A DNA stretch of 64,000 bases from Lawsonibacter sp. (GTDB lineage: Bacteria > Bacillota > Clostridia > Oscillospirales > Oscillospiraceae). Both the position numbers and the translations under genes were made by a program. Of this stretch, positions 9,377 through 18,668 are shown piece by piece (positions within the stretch are counted from its first letter, which is position 1; the number at the start of each line of letters is the position of its first letter). The stretch is from assembly GCA_020025455.1 (NCBI GenBank), contig JAHHSC010000001.1, forward strand, positions 12,009 through 76,008, given 5' to 3'. Under the pieces are notes generated by a model that was given only the letters and a program-made list of their open reading frames with translations, had not been told where the DNA came from and made no database searches.

Positions 9377-10471
9377 TTATAAGAAAGCCAACAGTCGTTC
9401 CCACACGTTCCATTTAGGTGCTAAATCGCATGGCACCGAACGTCCCGTCACTAAGTCGGTCCGGCCGATTTCCTCTCCATTCAGATCGTAGATCAGTTCA
9501 CCGACTACCGTGCCAGGTGTCACCGGTGCATCAAGCTGCTCCACGGTCAGATACAGCCCAGGCCGAGGGATTTCCCCCGGTTTCAAGGCAGCCCTGACGC
9601 TTTGAGCGGCTTTTACCGGGCAGAACGCCGTCAGGCTTCCGGCCACAGGCAGGGAGCACACCTCTCCCCCCTCCTCCACCAGCGTTTCACTGTGGTACTG
9701 TCGGAAGCCTGCGTCCAGCAGCGCAGTGTGGTCGGCCCAATCACTCGGGGCGTTCAGCGTGACACAGATCAGGGTCAAGCCGTCCCGCTGTGCGGCGGAG
9801 ACCAACGTCCGACCCGCTTTCTCGGTATATCCTGTTTTCAATCCAATACAGCCCGGATAGCGCCACAGCAGCTTATTGTGGTTTGTGAAGATCCGGGTTC
9901 CAAAGGTCGCCGACTTGGTGGATACGATTTTGGCCATCGTTTCGTTTTGGAGGCAGGCTCTTGCCAGCAAAGCCATATCGTAGGCGGTGGAGTAGTGTTC
10001 TTCTGCATTGAGGCCGTTTGGGTTTGCAAAGTGGGTATCTACCATGCCAAGCTCGATTGCCTTCTGGTTCATGGCCGTTACAAAATTCTCCACCGTGCCG
10101 CCGCAGCTCCCGGCAACAGACAGGGCTGCGTCATTGCCCGAGCGCAGCAGCATCCCGTAGAGCAGCGTCTCCAGGCTCACCTTATCCCCAGGGGCAAGAT
10201 AAATGGAGGAGCCCTCCGCGCCAGCCCACTCCGGGGAGATGGTCACCTCTTCCTCCATACTGTGCCCGGACTCCAGCGCAACCAGCCCGGTCATCAGCTT
10301 TGTGATGCTGGCAATCAGGCGGCGCTCATGGCAGTTTTTTTCTGCCAGCACCCGCCCGCTGTCCCCATCCATAAGGATATAGGCGGAAGCGGAAATACCC
10401 GCCCCATTTGAAACAGGCACCAGCCCCAGCAGCAGAGCCGCACACAGTATTACATTAAGGAATCGTCTCAT
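9377..10471 (-). CDS. D-alanyl-D-alanine carboxypeptidase (S11; DacB/DacF-like)
   Basis: Signal peptide, SITK, SGN and KTG motifs; sporulation-type promoter GATA-N17-CATACTA at 10506-10533. Confidence 0.92.
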   Translation of the reverse strand: MRRFLNVILCAALLLGLVPVSNGAGISASAYILMDGDSGRVLAEKNCHERRLIASITKLMTGLVALESGHSMEEEVTISPEWAGAEGSSIYLAPGDKVSLETLLYGMLLRSGNDAALSVAGSCGGTVENFVTAMNQKAIELGMVDTHFANPNGLNAEEHYSTAYDMALLARACLQNETMAKIVSTKSATFGTRIFTNHNKLLWRYPGCIGLKTGYTEKAGRTLVSAAQRDGLTLICVTLNAPSDWADHTALLDAGFRQYHSETLVEEGGEVCSLPVAGSLTAFCPVKAAQSVRAALKPGEIPRPGLYLTVEQLDAPVTPGTVVGELIYDLNGEEIGRTDLVTGRSVPCDLAPKWNVWERLLAFL

Positions 10472-10568
10472 AGCGGTCACCCTCGTTTTTCCATAGCGGT
10501 GCCTGTAGTATGAGCCTTTTTCTCCCTTTTATCAGCGCCAATATTTGGACATGAATGGGTGTTTTTAA

Positions 10569-11000
10569 TTACTCAGCGTAATCACTCGCAGCTTTTTGTG
10601 CCTTCTGCTCCTTTTTCAGCTGCTGCTGATCGATGAAGTCCGTAACCTTGTCCACAACCTCGGGGACCGTGTCAATGACCCGATCAATGGTGGTAGGGGG
10701 AAACGGATTGACGGGCAGCATCTTCACATCGCCGCCGCGGATAACCAGAAACGCCACCGGCTCCAGCTTGGCGCTGGCACCGGTACCGCCGCCGAACTGG
10801 TTGGGGTCGGATGCGGTCTGCTTTTTGGTACTGAACTCGCTGCCGCCGCCAGCTACGCCGAAAGACAGCTTTGATACGGGAATCAGGGTCACACCATCAG
10901 CCTGGATGGGCGTACCGATGATTGCGTCGGCATCCGCCGCTGCACGGATATTCTGCATGGTGGTATTGATCAGTTCATTGATAGGGCTACTCTTTTCCAT
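10569..11000 (-). CDS. ytfJ: GerW/YtfJ family sporulation protein
   Basis: IIGTPI, LIPVSKLSFGVAGGGSEF, FGGGTGA, PVAFLVI. Confidence 0.92.
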   Translation of the reverse strand: MEKSSPINELINTTMQNIRAAADADAIIGTPIQADGVTLIPVSKLSFGVAGGGSEFSTKKQTASDPNQFGGGTGASAKLEPVAFLVIRGGDVKMLPVNPFPPTTIDRVIDTVPEVVDKVTDFIDQQQLKKEQKAQKAASDYAE

Positions 11001-11003
11001 AAT

Positions 11004-11651
11004 TTAAGCCGCCTTTCCAGTTTGTTTCAGTTTCTTTTGTTCCTTGTGGACACGCAGGAACCGCCGAAAAGCCTTCCCGCCAAAATAGATCGCCAGCCAG
11101 AGTGCCTGGCTGATCGTGAAAGACAGATCCGCCTCGGCCGCGATGGCAATGGCAGATGCGTTAAAATCCAGCTTCACTTCGGCGTTTCCGTCTTTCACAT
11201 GAAAAGCCTCCGTCAGCGGATACCAGATGGAGCCCAGGATCATGTTCGCCTGTCCATAGCGCATGGCAGCATCTGCCGGATCGTCCGCCCCCACCGTGAG
11301 TACGAGATGAAGGGTGTCCACCCGCAGCTTACGTTTAAACTGCGCAGCGGCCTCCAGCGCAATGGGCAGCAGCGCTTTGGCATACTCCAGCGTCCCCCCA
11401 ATTTTTTCACGCAGCGGGACCTTCTCTTCTTCTGGCACCGCCATACGCTTAGGTGCCGGCTTCTGTCTCCGCTTTTCGGTTTTTGCTTTCTTCTCTTTGT
11501 TTGGACGAGGGAACAGCCTTTGTCTGATCCAACCAAGTCTGGCCTCCAGCGTCAGCCCCCCGACATCATAAACCGTCCGAATACCGACCCGGACCTGTCC
11601 AATTCCAAACAGGATCAGCAGGACGGCCATCCAGATCCAGAAGGTACGCAT
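11004..11651 (-). CDS. DUF2953 (YtfI-like) protein
   Basis: N-terminal TM, DPADAAMRYG motif; sits upstream of ytfJ as ytfI usually does. Confidence 0.75.
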   Translation of the reverse strand: MRTFWIWMAVLLILFGIGQVRVGIRTVYDVGGLTLEARLGWIRQRLFPRPNKEKKAKTEKRRQKPAPKRMAVPEEEKVPLREKIGGTLEYAKALLPIALEAAAQFKRKLRVDTLHLVLTVGADDPADAAMRYGQANMILGSIWYPLTEAFHVKDGNAEVKLDFNASAIAIAAEADLSFTISQALWLAIYFGGKAFRRFLRVHKEQKKLKQTGKAA

Positions 11652-11652
11652 G

Positions 11653-12276
11653 TCATCCCTCCCCGTTTTCCGGTTTTATCGCGTCGGCAGCGGGCTCCTG
11701 CTCCTCCTCTTTGAGTTTGGCCACCGCAGCCTCCAACTTCATGGTCATTTGAGCGCCCTCCTGGGTAGAGTCGGGCAGCTCCGGCAGCTCCTTCAGGCTG
11801 GATAAGCCGAAGGAGCGCAAAAACGTCTTGGTGGTCCGGAACAGAATCGGCCGGCCGGGCACTGCCAGGCGTCCCGCTTCCTCGATCAAGTCCCGCTCCA
11901 GGAGCAGACTCACCGTGTAGGAGCTGTCCACCCCGCGGACCTGATCCACATAGGCGCGGGTCACCGGCTGGTAGTAGGCAATGACGGCCAGAACCTCCAG
12001 GGCGGGCTGGGACAGCTTGGCAGGCTTGCGGCTCTCCAGCGTCTTTCGAATAACAGGGGCAAACTCCGGTGCCGATACCAGCTGATAGCTGGTGTCCAAC
12101 CGGAGCAGCCGAATACCACGGCGCTGGTAGCTGTATTGATCCATCAATTGCTGTGCCACGGTGTCCAGGGTGGGGCGATCCACCTCAAGCCCCAGGCACA
12201 GCCGTTCTACCGGTACGGGCTCACCGGCTGCAAACAAGACCCCCTCCAGGGTGGACTCTAATTCTTTGATCTCCAA
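11653..12276 (-). CDS. scpB: SMC-Scp complex subunit ScpB
   Basis: LEGVLFAAGEPV, LSQPALEVLAVIAYYQPVTR, PGRPILFRTT; TTG start with SD. Confidence 0.95.
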   Translation of the reverse strand: MEIKELESTLEGVLFAAGEPVPVERLCLGLEVDRPTLDTVAQQLMDQYSYQRRGIRLLRLDTSYQLVSAPEFAPVIRKTLESRKPAKLSQPALEVLAVIAYYQPVTRAYVDQVRGVDSSYTVSLLLERDLIEEAGRLAVPGRPILFRTTKTFLRSFGLSSLKELPELPDSTQEGAQMTMKLEAAVAKLKEEEQEPAADAIKPENGEG

Positions 12277-12292
12277 TGTTTCCTTCTCCCTC

Positions 12293-13093
12293 TCAGCAGC
12301 CGTCAGCGGCAAGCCCGTCTTTCTGTTCCAAATCGCGATCCGTACAGGTTACCGTGCAATCCTGCTCAGTTCCGGCAAGGCGAAGCCGTCTGGCCTTGCA
12401 GAGCTCCAACACCGCTAGAAAGGTGGCAACCACCTCGGAACGGCTACGATTTCCTCGGAACAGGGCCTTGAATCGGGTAACGCCGGAGTGGAGCAGCCGT
12501 TGGATCAGCTCACCTGCTTTCTCGTTCACGGGGTAAGGCTCCCTGCCCACGATCCCCTCAAAGGCAGAAACAGGGGGCGGGATCTTATGGTCCGACCGAT
12601 CAAGCACAGCGGTCATCGCGTTCAGCAGATCTTCCTTTTTATGGACGTATCGGTAGGTCCTGTCAGGCTCTAACGGCTCCGGGACTTTTGTAATATAGTC
12701 CTGACTGAACCGGTAGCGGTCATCAAAGGTTGGGATGACCTGTTTGATTTTCAGGTAGTTCTCATTGCGCTGATGGGCTTCCAGAGAGGCGATCAGCTGC
12801 TCCATCTCGCTCAAAGCCTCTTCATCGTGAATAGACAACAGCATCCTGGTCTTGATGTAGATCAGTTGTGATGCCATTGTAACAAACTCGCTGGCTACTT
12901 CCAGGTCCAGCTCCTTACGCTTATTCATCCACGCAAGGTACTGATCCAGAATCAGCGAAATTTGGATGTCCTTAATTTCCATCTTGTTTTTGCTGAGCAG
13001 GTGCAAAATCAGATCCAGAGGCCCCACAAAGTCCTCCATGTTCTCTTCTTTGGATTTGACCACCCCTTCCAGGTGGTAGATGGGTGCCTCCAT
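12293..13093 (-). CDS. scpA: Segregation and condensation protein A
   Basis: FVGPLDLILHL, ASEFVTMA, VVATFLAVLELCK; promoter TTGTTT-17-TATAAT at 13155-13183. Confidence 0.95.
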   Translation of the reverse strand: MEAPIYHLEGVVKSKEENMEDFVGPLDLILHLLSKNKMEIKDIQISLILDQYLAWMNKRKELDLEVASEFVTMASQLIYIKTRMLLSIHDEEALSEMEQLIASLEAHQRNENYLKIKQVIPTFDDRYRFSQDYITKVPEPLEPDRTYRYVHKKEDLLNAMTAVLDRSDHKIPPPVSAFEGIVGREPYPVNEKAGELIQRLLHSGVTRFKALFRGNRSRSEVVATFLAVLELCKARRLRLAGTEQDCTVTCTDRDLEQKDGLAADGC

Positions 13094-13216
13094 GCTGCGC
13101 CTCCTTCTCCGTACAGCCGCCCAGTTCCCTGGACATCTGAATCATTCTCGAATTATTATACCAGTTTAACCTCTAAAAAACAAGAAAAACCAAAGATGCA
13201 TTCTGTGAATCGGAAC

Positions 13217-13438
13217 GGATTTCACCGCAGCAAACTGCCAGCATTTCTCCCTCTTTGAACGTAACCTTCAGGTGCGTGTGTATTCCCTGAACCAGGACGA
13301 AACCCCCTGATGCAGGCTTCTGGTCCTGCATCAGGGGGCTTTCCCCGTTGTCCACTTGGCGTGGAGCCGCTCATGTTATGTTAGTTCTGCCCGATACCGC
13401 TCAGGATCGCGCGCAGCAGCTCCTCACGGCCAATTCCC
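13217..13438 (-). ncRNA. ssrS: Probable 6S RNA (ssrS), 5' arm overlapping the yihA 3' end
   Basis: About 220 nt with a rod-like fold. Firmicute 6S-like motifs GAACTAACAT and CACGCACCTG...GTTCAAA pair with each other; the ends pair (GGAATTGGCCGTG..GAGCTGCTG with TGGCAGTTT..TGCGGTGAAATCC); long apical hairpin at 13299-13343. Confidence 0.65.
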
Positions 13439-13977
13439 TTCTCCGCAGAAAACGGGATCACGGTGGCAGAGTCGTCCAGCTCCAGGGTGTCCCGAACCAC
13501 CTGAAGGTTCGGTTCGATTTCCTTCTTTTTCAGCTTATCCAGCTTATTTGCCACCACGATCATTGGGCAGCCGGTGGCTTTGAACCACTCGGCCATCGTC
13601 ACGTCGTCTGCCGTGGGCTTGTGTCGGGAATCTACAATCATCACACCAAGCGTCAGCAGCTCTGGATGGGCAAAGTAGGACTCCATCAGACGGCCCCAGC
13701 GGTCTCGCTCGCTCTTGGCCACTTTTGCATAACCATAGCCGGGCAAATCCACCAGATAAAAGGCATCATCAATCTTAAAGTAGTTGATGTGGATGGTTTT
13801 GCCGGGAGAAGCACCCACGCGAGCAAAATTTTTCCGGTTGAGCAAGCGGTTGATCACCGAGGACTTGCCCACGTTGGAACGTCCGGCGAAGGCTACCTGA
13901 GGCAGCTGGTCCTTGAGGAAGCCTTTGGCGGAAGCGGCGGAGAGGATAAACTCCGCTTTTTGTAAATTAACAGACAT
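13381..13977 (-). CDS. yihA: Ribosome biogenesis GTPase YihA/YsxC (EngB)
   Basis: GRSNVGKSS, DLPGYGY and NKLD motifs; follows lon. Confidence 0.96.
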   Translation of the reverse strand: MSVNLQKAEFILSAASAKGFLKDQLPQVAFAGRSNVGKSSVINRLLNRKNFARVGASPGKTIHINYFKIDDAFYLVDLPGYGYAKVAKSERDRWGRLMESYFAHPELLTLGVMIVDSRHKPTADDVTMAEWFKATGCPMIVVANKLDKLKKKEIEPNLQVVRDTLELDDSATVIPFSAEKGIGREELLRAILSGIGQN

Positions 13978-13989
13978 AGGTATCCTCCT

Positions 13990-16425
13990 TTACTGTCGCA
14001 GGCTGGGTACCTTATGCCGCTCGCAGCTGGGCAGCGGTGCGGGCTCCTGCTTTGGTGCGGAGTCGTTCTCGGTCTTTTCCTCCAAGTTCTGGGGTTTATT
14101 CAGCGCATAAGACAGCACCTGCTCCGCTCGCTCCACCAGTACAAAGTTCAGCGCATTCCGAACCGTCTGGTCGATTTCCTCCAGGTCCTTGCCGTTGTCC
14201 GCAGGGATAATGACCGTCTTGATGCCGTTGCGGAAGGCCGCCATTGTTTTCTCACGCAGGCCGCCGATGGGCAGCACACGGCCCCGCAGGGTCACCTCGC
14301 CCGTCATGGCGATACCACGACGCACCGGCACGTTGGTCAGTGCGGAGGTGATTGCGGTGGTAATCGCAATCCCGGCAGACGGGCCATCCTTAGGCACTGC
14401 GCCCTCTGGGAAGTGGATATGGATGTCTTTATCTTTATAGAAATCGCCGGGGATGTGCAGCTGTTCCGCATGGCTGCGGATGAAGCTGAGGGCCGCGTGG
14501 GCAGACTCCTTCATCACATCGCCCAGGTTACCGGTGGGTTCCACCTTGCCGGTGCCGGGGACCACGTTGACCTCCACCTCCAGCAATTCACCGCCCACAG
14601 AGGTCCAGGCAAGGCCGTTGACCACGCCCACACGCTCCTCCAGAGCCTGTCGTTCCGGGTAATACTTGGGGGCGCCCAAGTACTCCTGTAGGTTTTTCTC
14701 TGTAAGGCGAATTTGCTTTCGATCCTCTGATACCACTTTCATTGCAGCCTTTCGGCATACAGCCCCCAGCGTCCGTTCCAGCGTACGGACACCCGATTCC
14801 CGCGTATAGGCGGAGATGATGCTGCGGATGGCGTCATCCGAGATGCGCAGTTGATTTCCGGTCAGACCGTGGCGCTTCAGCTCCTTAGGCAGTAGGTGCC
14901 GCTTGGCGATCTGCAGCTTTTCCTCATCGGTATAGCTGGGAAGCTCAATCACCTCCATACGGTCCAGCAGGGGTCTCGGAATCGTATCCAGCGTGTTTGC
15001 AGTGGTCACAAACAGCACATCGGATAAGTCGAAGGGCAGCTCCAGGAAGTTATCGCGGAAGGTAGCGTTCTGCTCCACATCCAGCACCTCCAGCAGAGCG
15101 GCGGCAGGGTCTCCCCTGTGGTCACTGCCCAGCTTGTCGATCTCATCCAGAAGCATCAGCGGATTACAGCTTCCGGACTGACTGATGGCATTGATAATGC
15201 GGCCGGGCATCGCGCCCACATAGGTCTTTCGATGCCCCCGGATCTCGGCCTCATCACTGACACCACCCAGAGAAAGGCGGGCCAGCTTTCGATTCATGGC
15301 GCTGGCTACAGACATGGCCACAGAGGTCTTGCCCACACCGGGAGGGCCGACCAGGCAGAGCACCTGTCCTTTTAGCTCCGGCGCCAGCTGCTTGACGGCC
15401 ACGAACTCCAGAATACGCTCTTTGACCTTTTCAAGGCCGTAATGCTCCTGATCCAAGGTCTTGCGGACGGCGGATACGCTGACCCGCTCCTTGGTCGTCT
15501 TGCCCCAGGGCAGCTCCAGACACACATCCAGATAGTTGCGCTGCACGGTGGCCTCGGAGGAGCCGAACGGCTGCTTTGCAAGGCGGTTCAGCTCCTTGGT
15601 CAGCTTTTCGCGAACCTCATCGGGTAGTGTGGCGGCGGAAATTTTCTTGCGGTACTCCTCAATTTCATCGGAGCCGTCGTCCTCGCCCAGCTCGCTCTGG
15701 ATGGCCTTCATCTGCTCACGCAGGTAGTAGTCCCGCTGCTGGCCGTTCATCTGTTCCTTGGCTTTCTCCTGGATGCCCGCATCCAGCTCCAGAATCTCCA
15801 CCTCCCGCTTCAGCAGTCGATGCAGCTTCTCAAGGCGGCGCACGGGGTGCAGTTCCTCCAGGATCGTCTGTTTGTCCGCATTCCGCATGGGAATGTTCTG
15901 CGCAATATAATCGGCAATATAGCCGGGATCATCGCTGGACAGCACATTGACCAGGTGATCGGAAGGCAGCTTCTGATTCAGCTCTCCATAGCTCTGGAAC
16001 AGATCGTACGTGGAACGAATCAATGCCTCCTGCTTTGGGGTAACCTTCTCAGGGGCCTCTTGCTTGGGGATTTCCTGGATCTCAGCCTCAAGGAAGGGCT
16101 CCGTCCGCAGCAGCTGGAGCATACGGCCTCTGGCTTGGCCCTCCACCATGACCCGAATGTTATCGCCGGGCATCCGCAGAATCTGACGGATGTTGGCAAT
16201 GGTGCCAACCGTGTAGAGGTCCTTCTGCTCCGGCTCCTCCACATTCAGCTGCTTCTGTCCCACCAGAAAAACAGGAGTTCCAGCCGTCATGGCCTCTTCC
16301 AGTGCCTTGATCGAGATGGTGCGGCCCACCTCAAAGTGAATCAGCACACTGGGAAATACCGTCAGCCCACGAAGCGCAATGGTGGGCATAGTGGAGGTAT
16401 GAAGCATATCCCATTCCTGACTCAT
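13990..16425 (-). CDS. lon: ATP-dependent protease La
   Basis: LON N-domain, GPPGVGKTS, LLDEIDK, PKDGPSAG catalytic motif. Confidence 0.98.
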   Translation of the reverse strand: MSQEWDMLHTSTMPTIALRGLTVFPSVLIHFEVGRTISIKALEEAMTAGTPVFLVGQKQLNVEEPEQKDLYTVGTIANIRQILRMPGDNIRVMVEGQARGRMLQLLRTEPFLEAEIQEIPKQEAPEKVTPKQEALIRSTYDLFQSYGELNQKLPSDHLVNVLSSDDPGYIADYIAQNIPMRNADKQTILEELHPVRRLEKLHRLLKREVEILELDAGIQEKAKEQMNGQQRDYYLREQMKAIQSELGEDDGSDEIEEYRKKISAATLPDEVREKLTKELNRLAKQPFGSSEATVQRNYLDVCLELPWGKTTKERVSVSAVRKTLDQEHYGLEKVKERILEFVAVKQLAPELKGQVLCLVGPPGVGKTSVAMSVASAMNRKLARLSLGGVSDEAEIRGHRKTYVGAMPGRIINAISQSGSCNPLMLLDEIDKLGSDHRGDPAAALLEVLDVEQNATFRDNFLELPFDLSDVLFVTTANTLDTIPRPLLDRMEVIELPSYTDEEKLQIAKRHLLPKELKRHGLTGNQLRISDDAIRSIISAYTRESGVRTLERTLGAVCRKAAMKVVSEDRKQIRLTEKNLQEYLGAPKYYPERQALEERVGVVNGLAWTSVGGELLEVEVNVVPGTGKVEPTGNLGDVMKESAHAALSFIRSHAEQLHIPGDFYKDKDIHIHFPEGAVPKDGPSAGIAITTAITSALTNVPVRRGIAMTGEVTLRGRVLPIGGLREKTMAAFRNGIKTVIIPADNGKDLEEIDQTVRNALNFVLVERAEQVLSYALNKPQNLEEKTENDSAPKQEPAPLPSCERHKVPSLRQ

Positions 16426-16518
16426 AGATATCACTTCCTCTCAAGGGAAATTATCGGAAGCGCCCTGAATGCCCGCCGTTGGGGCACCGCAGGGCGCTTG
16501 ATGCTAAACTAAATTCAC

Positions 16519-17841
16519 TCAGCCGGCACTGCCGCCAGCCATCTCAGCGCCGCCCCGCTCCGAGTACAGCGCAGCCTTGCCCAGACGCGGGCGCTCGGTG
16601 CGCTCGGGGTCGTGGGTAAGCTCTGGGGCTGCACCAGCCGTCACGCAGTCGGCGGTGATGGTCACCTTCACGATGGTGGGGTCAGAGGGGACATCGTACA
16701 TGATCTTGGTCATGACCTCCTCCAGCACAGCACGCAGTCCACGGGCACCGATGCCGCGCTCCACAGCCTTGTTCGCCACGGCTTCCAGCGCTTCATCGGT
16801 AAAGTTCAGCTCCACCTCATCATACTCCAACAGCTTCTCGTACTGCTTGACCAGGGCGTTCTTGGGTTCGGTCAGAATCTTGACCATCTGGTCGGGACCC
16901 AGGGACTCCAAGGTGGTAATCATGGGCAGACGACCTACCAGCTCAGGGATAATGCCGAACTTCAGCAGGTCCTGCGGCTGGATCTCGGCCATCAGCTGGC
17001 CAACATCCCGCTTCTGCTTGCTCTGGATCTCTGCGCCGAAGCCCATGGTGCGCTTATCCAGACGGCTCTCGATAATCTTATCAACGCCGTCAAACGCACC
17101 ACCGCAGATGAACAGGATGTTCTTGGTGTTGATCTGAATAAACTCCTGGTGCGGATGTTTTCTTCCTCCCTGAGGAGGCACGTTGGCGACCGTACCTTCC
17201 AGGATTTTCAGCAGTGCCTGCTGTACACCTTCCCCGGACACATCACGGGTAATGGAGGTGTTCTCACTCTTACGGGCGATTTTGTCCATCTCGTCGATGT
17301 AAATGATGCCCCGCTCCGCCAGGTCGATGTCATAGTCGGCAGCCTGGATCAGGCGCAGAAGGATATTCTCCACGTCATCGCCTACGTAACCGGCCTCTGT
17401 CAGCGTGGTGGCGTCTGCAATTGCGAAGGGCACCTTCAGTACACGGGCCAGGGTCTGGGCAAAGAGGGTCTTGCCGCAGCCAGTGGGACCCATGAGCAGG
17501 ATGTTGCTCTTCTGCATCTCCACTTCCTCGGCACCGCCGAAGTAGATGCGCTTATAATGGTTGTAAACAGCCACAGACAGGGCCACCTTAGCCTTCTCCT
17601 GGCCGATGATATACTGATCCAGAACAGCGCGAATTTCCTGTGGGGTGGGAATCACATCAGGAATATCACTGACGGTCTTATCCTCCCGCAGCATAGTTTC
17701 GTTGCCCAGAATCTCGTTGCACAGCTGAACACACTCATTACAGATGTAGATATTGGGCCCTGCAATGATGCGCTGCACCTGATCCTGGTGCTTACCGCAG
17801 AACGAGCAGCGGACATTTCTGTTATCGTCGTTTCTAGCCAT
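16519..17841 (-). CDS. clpX: Clp protease ATP-binding subunit ClpX
   Basis: CSFCGK...ICNEC zinc finger, [25 protein letters not shown] loop. Confidence 0.98.
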   Translation of the reverse strand: MARNDDNRNVRCSFCGKHQDQVQRIIAGPNIYICNECVQLCNEILGNETMLREDKTVSDIPDVIPTPQEIRAVLDQYIIGQEKAKVALSVAVYNHYKRIYFGGAEEVEMQKSNILLMGPTGCGKTLFAQTLARVLKVPFAIADATTLTEAGYVGDDVENILLRLIQAADYDIDLAERGIIYIDEMDKIARKSENTSITRDVSGEGVQQALLKILEGTVANVPPQGGRKHPHQEFIQINTKNILFICGGAFDGVDKIIESRLDKRTMGFGAEIQSKQKRDVGQLMAEIQPQDLLKFGIIPELVGRLPMITTLESLGPDQMVKILTEPKNALVKQYEKLLEYDEVELNFTDEALEAVANKAVERGIGARGLRAVLEEVMTKIMYDVPSDPTIVKVTITADCVTAGAAPELTHDPERTERPRLGKAALYSERGGAEMAGGSAG

Positions 17842-17911
17842 GGATACACCTCATACTTGGATTCAAAGCGGCGCGCAGGCAGAACGGTTCCGCCTGCGTT
17901 GGCCGCTAAAA

Positions 17912-18493
17912 TTACCGCTTTTCGATGACCTTGTCAATGAGACCGTACTCCATGGCCTCTTGGGCAGTCATAAAGTTGTCACGCTCGCAGTCGGCGGTGA
18001 CAACATCCACGGGCTTGCCAGTGTTCTCGGACAGGATGCGGTTCATCCGGGTCTTGACCACCTCCAGCCGCTTCAGGTGAAGGGCCATATCGGTGATCTG
18101 GCCCTGGGTGCCGGCAGAGGGCTGGTGAATCATAATCTCAGCGTTGGGCAGCGCATAACGCTTGCCCTTGGCCCCGGAGGACAGCAGAAAAGCGCCCATA
18201 GAGGCAGCCAGTCCAATACAAATGGTAGAGACATCGCACTTAATATACTGCATGGTGTCGTAGATTGCCATACCGGCCGTAACAGAGCCGCCGGGACTAT
18301 TGATGTAGAACTGGATGTCTTTATCCGGGTCCTGAGCCTCCAGGTAAAGCAGCTGCGCTACAACCAGAGATGCGGTGGTGTCGTTGACCTCTTCAGACAG
18401 CATAATAATGCGGTCGTTGAGCAGGCGGGAAAAAATGTCATAGGAGCGCTCACCACGATTGGTCTGCTCCACTACATAAGGTACTAAACTCAT
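17912..18493 (-). CDS. clpP: Clp protease proteolytic subunit
   Basis: [47 protein letters not shown]. Confidence 0.98.
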   Translation of the reverse strand: MSLVPYVVEQTNRGERSYDIFSRLLNDRIIMLSEEVNDTTASLVVAQLLYLEAQDPDKDIQFYINSPGGSVTAGMAIYDTMQYIKCDVSTICIGLAASMGAFLLSSGAKGKRYALPNAEIMIHQPSAGTQGQITDMALHLKRLEVVKTRMNRILSENTGKPVDVVTADCERDNFMTAQEAMEYGLIDKVIEKR

Positions 18494-18668
18494 AATAATA
18501 CTCCTTTTTTTGAACGGTGATACCAAAGTATACCCGTCCTCCCGGAAAACAATTCCTCCCGGTCACCAAGGATTTCGACCTTTTCTGCCGGACTCTACGT
18601 TACATACACATATTGATAACGCCCGGAGCAGGCCAGCCGCTCCGGACGCATCAATTTTGAATAAAGGA

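Noticed and set aside
13299..13343. Strong hairpin first read as the yihA terminator
   Set aside because: Only a short T tract, and better explained as the apical stem of the 6S-like RNA; a dual role is not excluded.
13173..13355. 60-aa ORF in the scpA-yihA gap
   Set aside because: No SD, no recognisable motif, and it overlaps the structured RNA.
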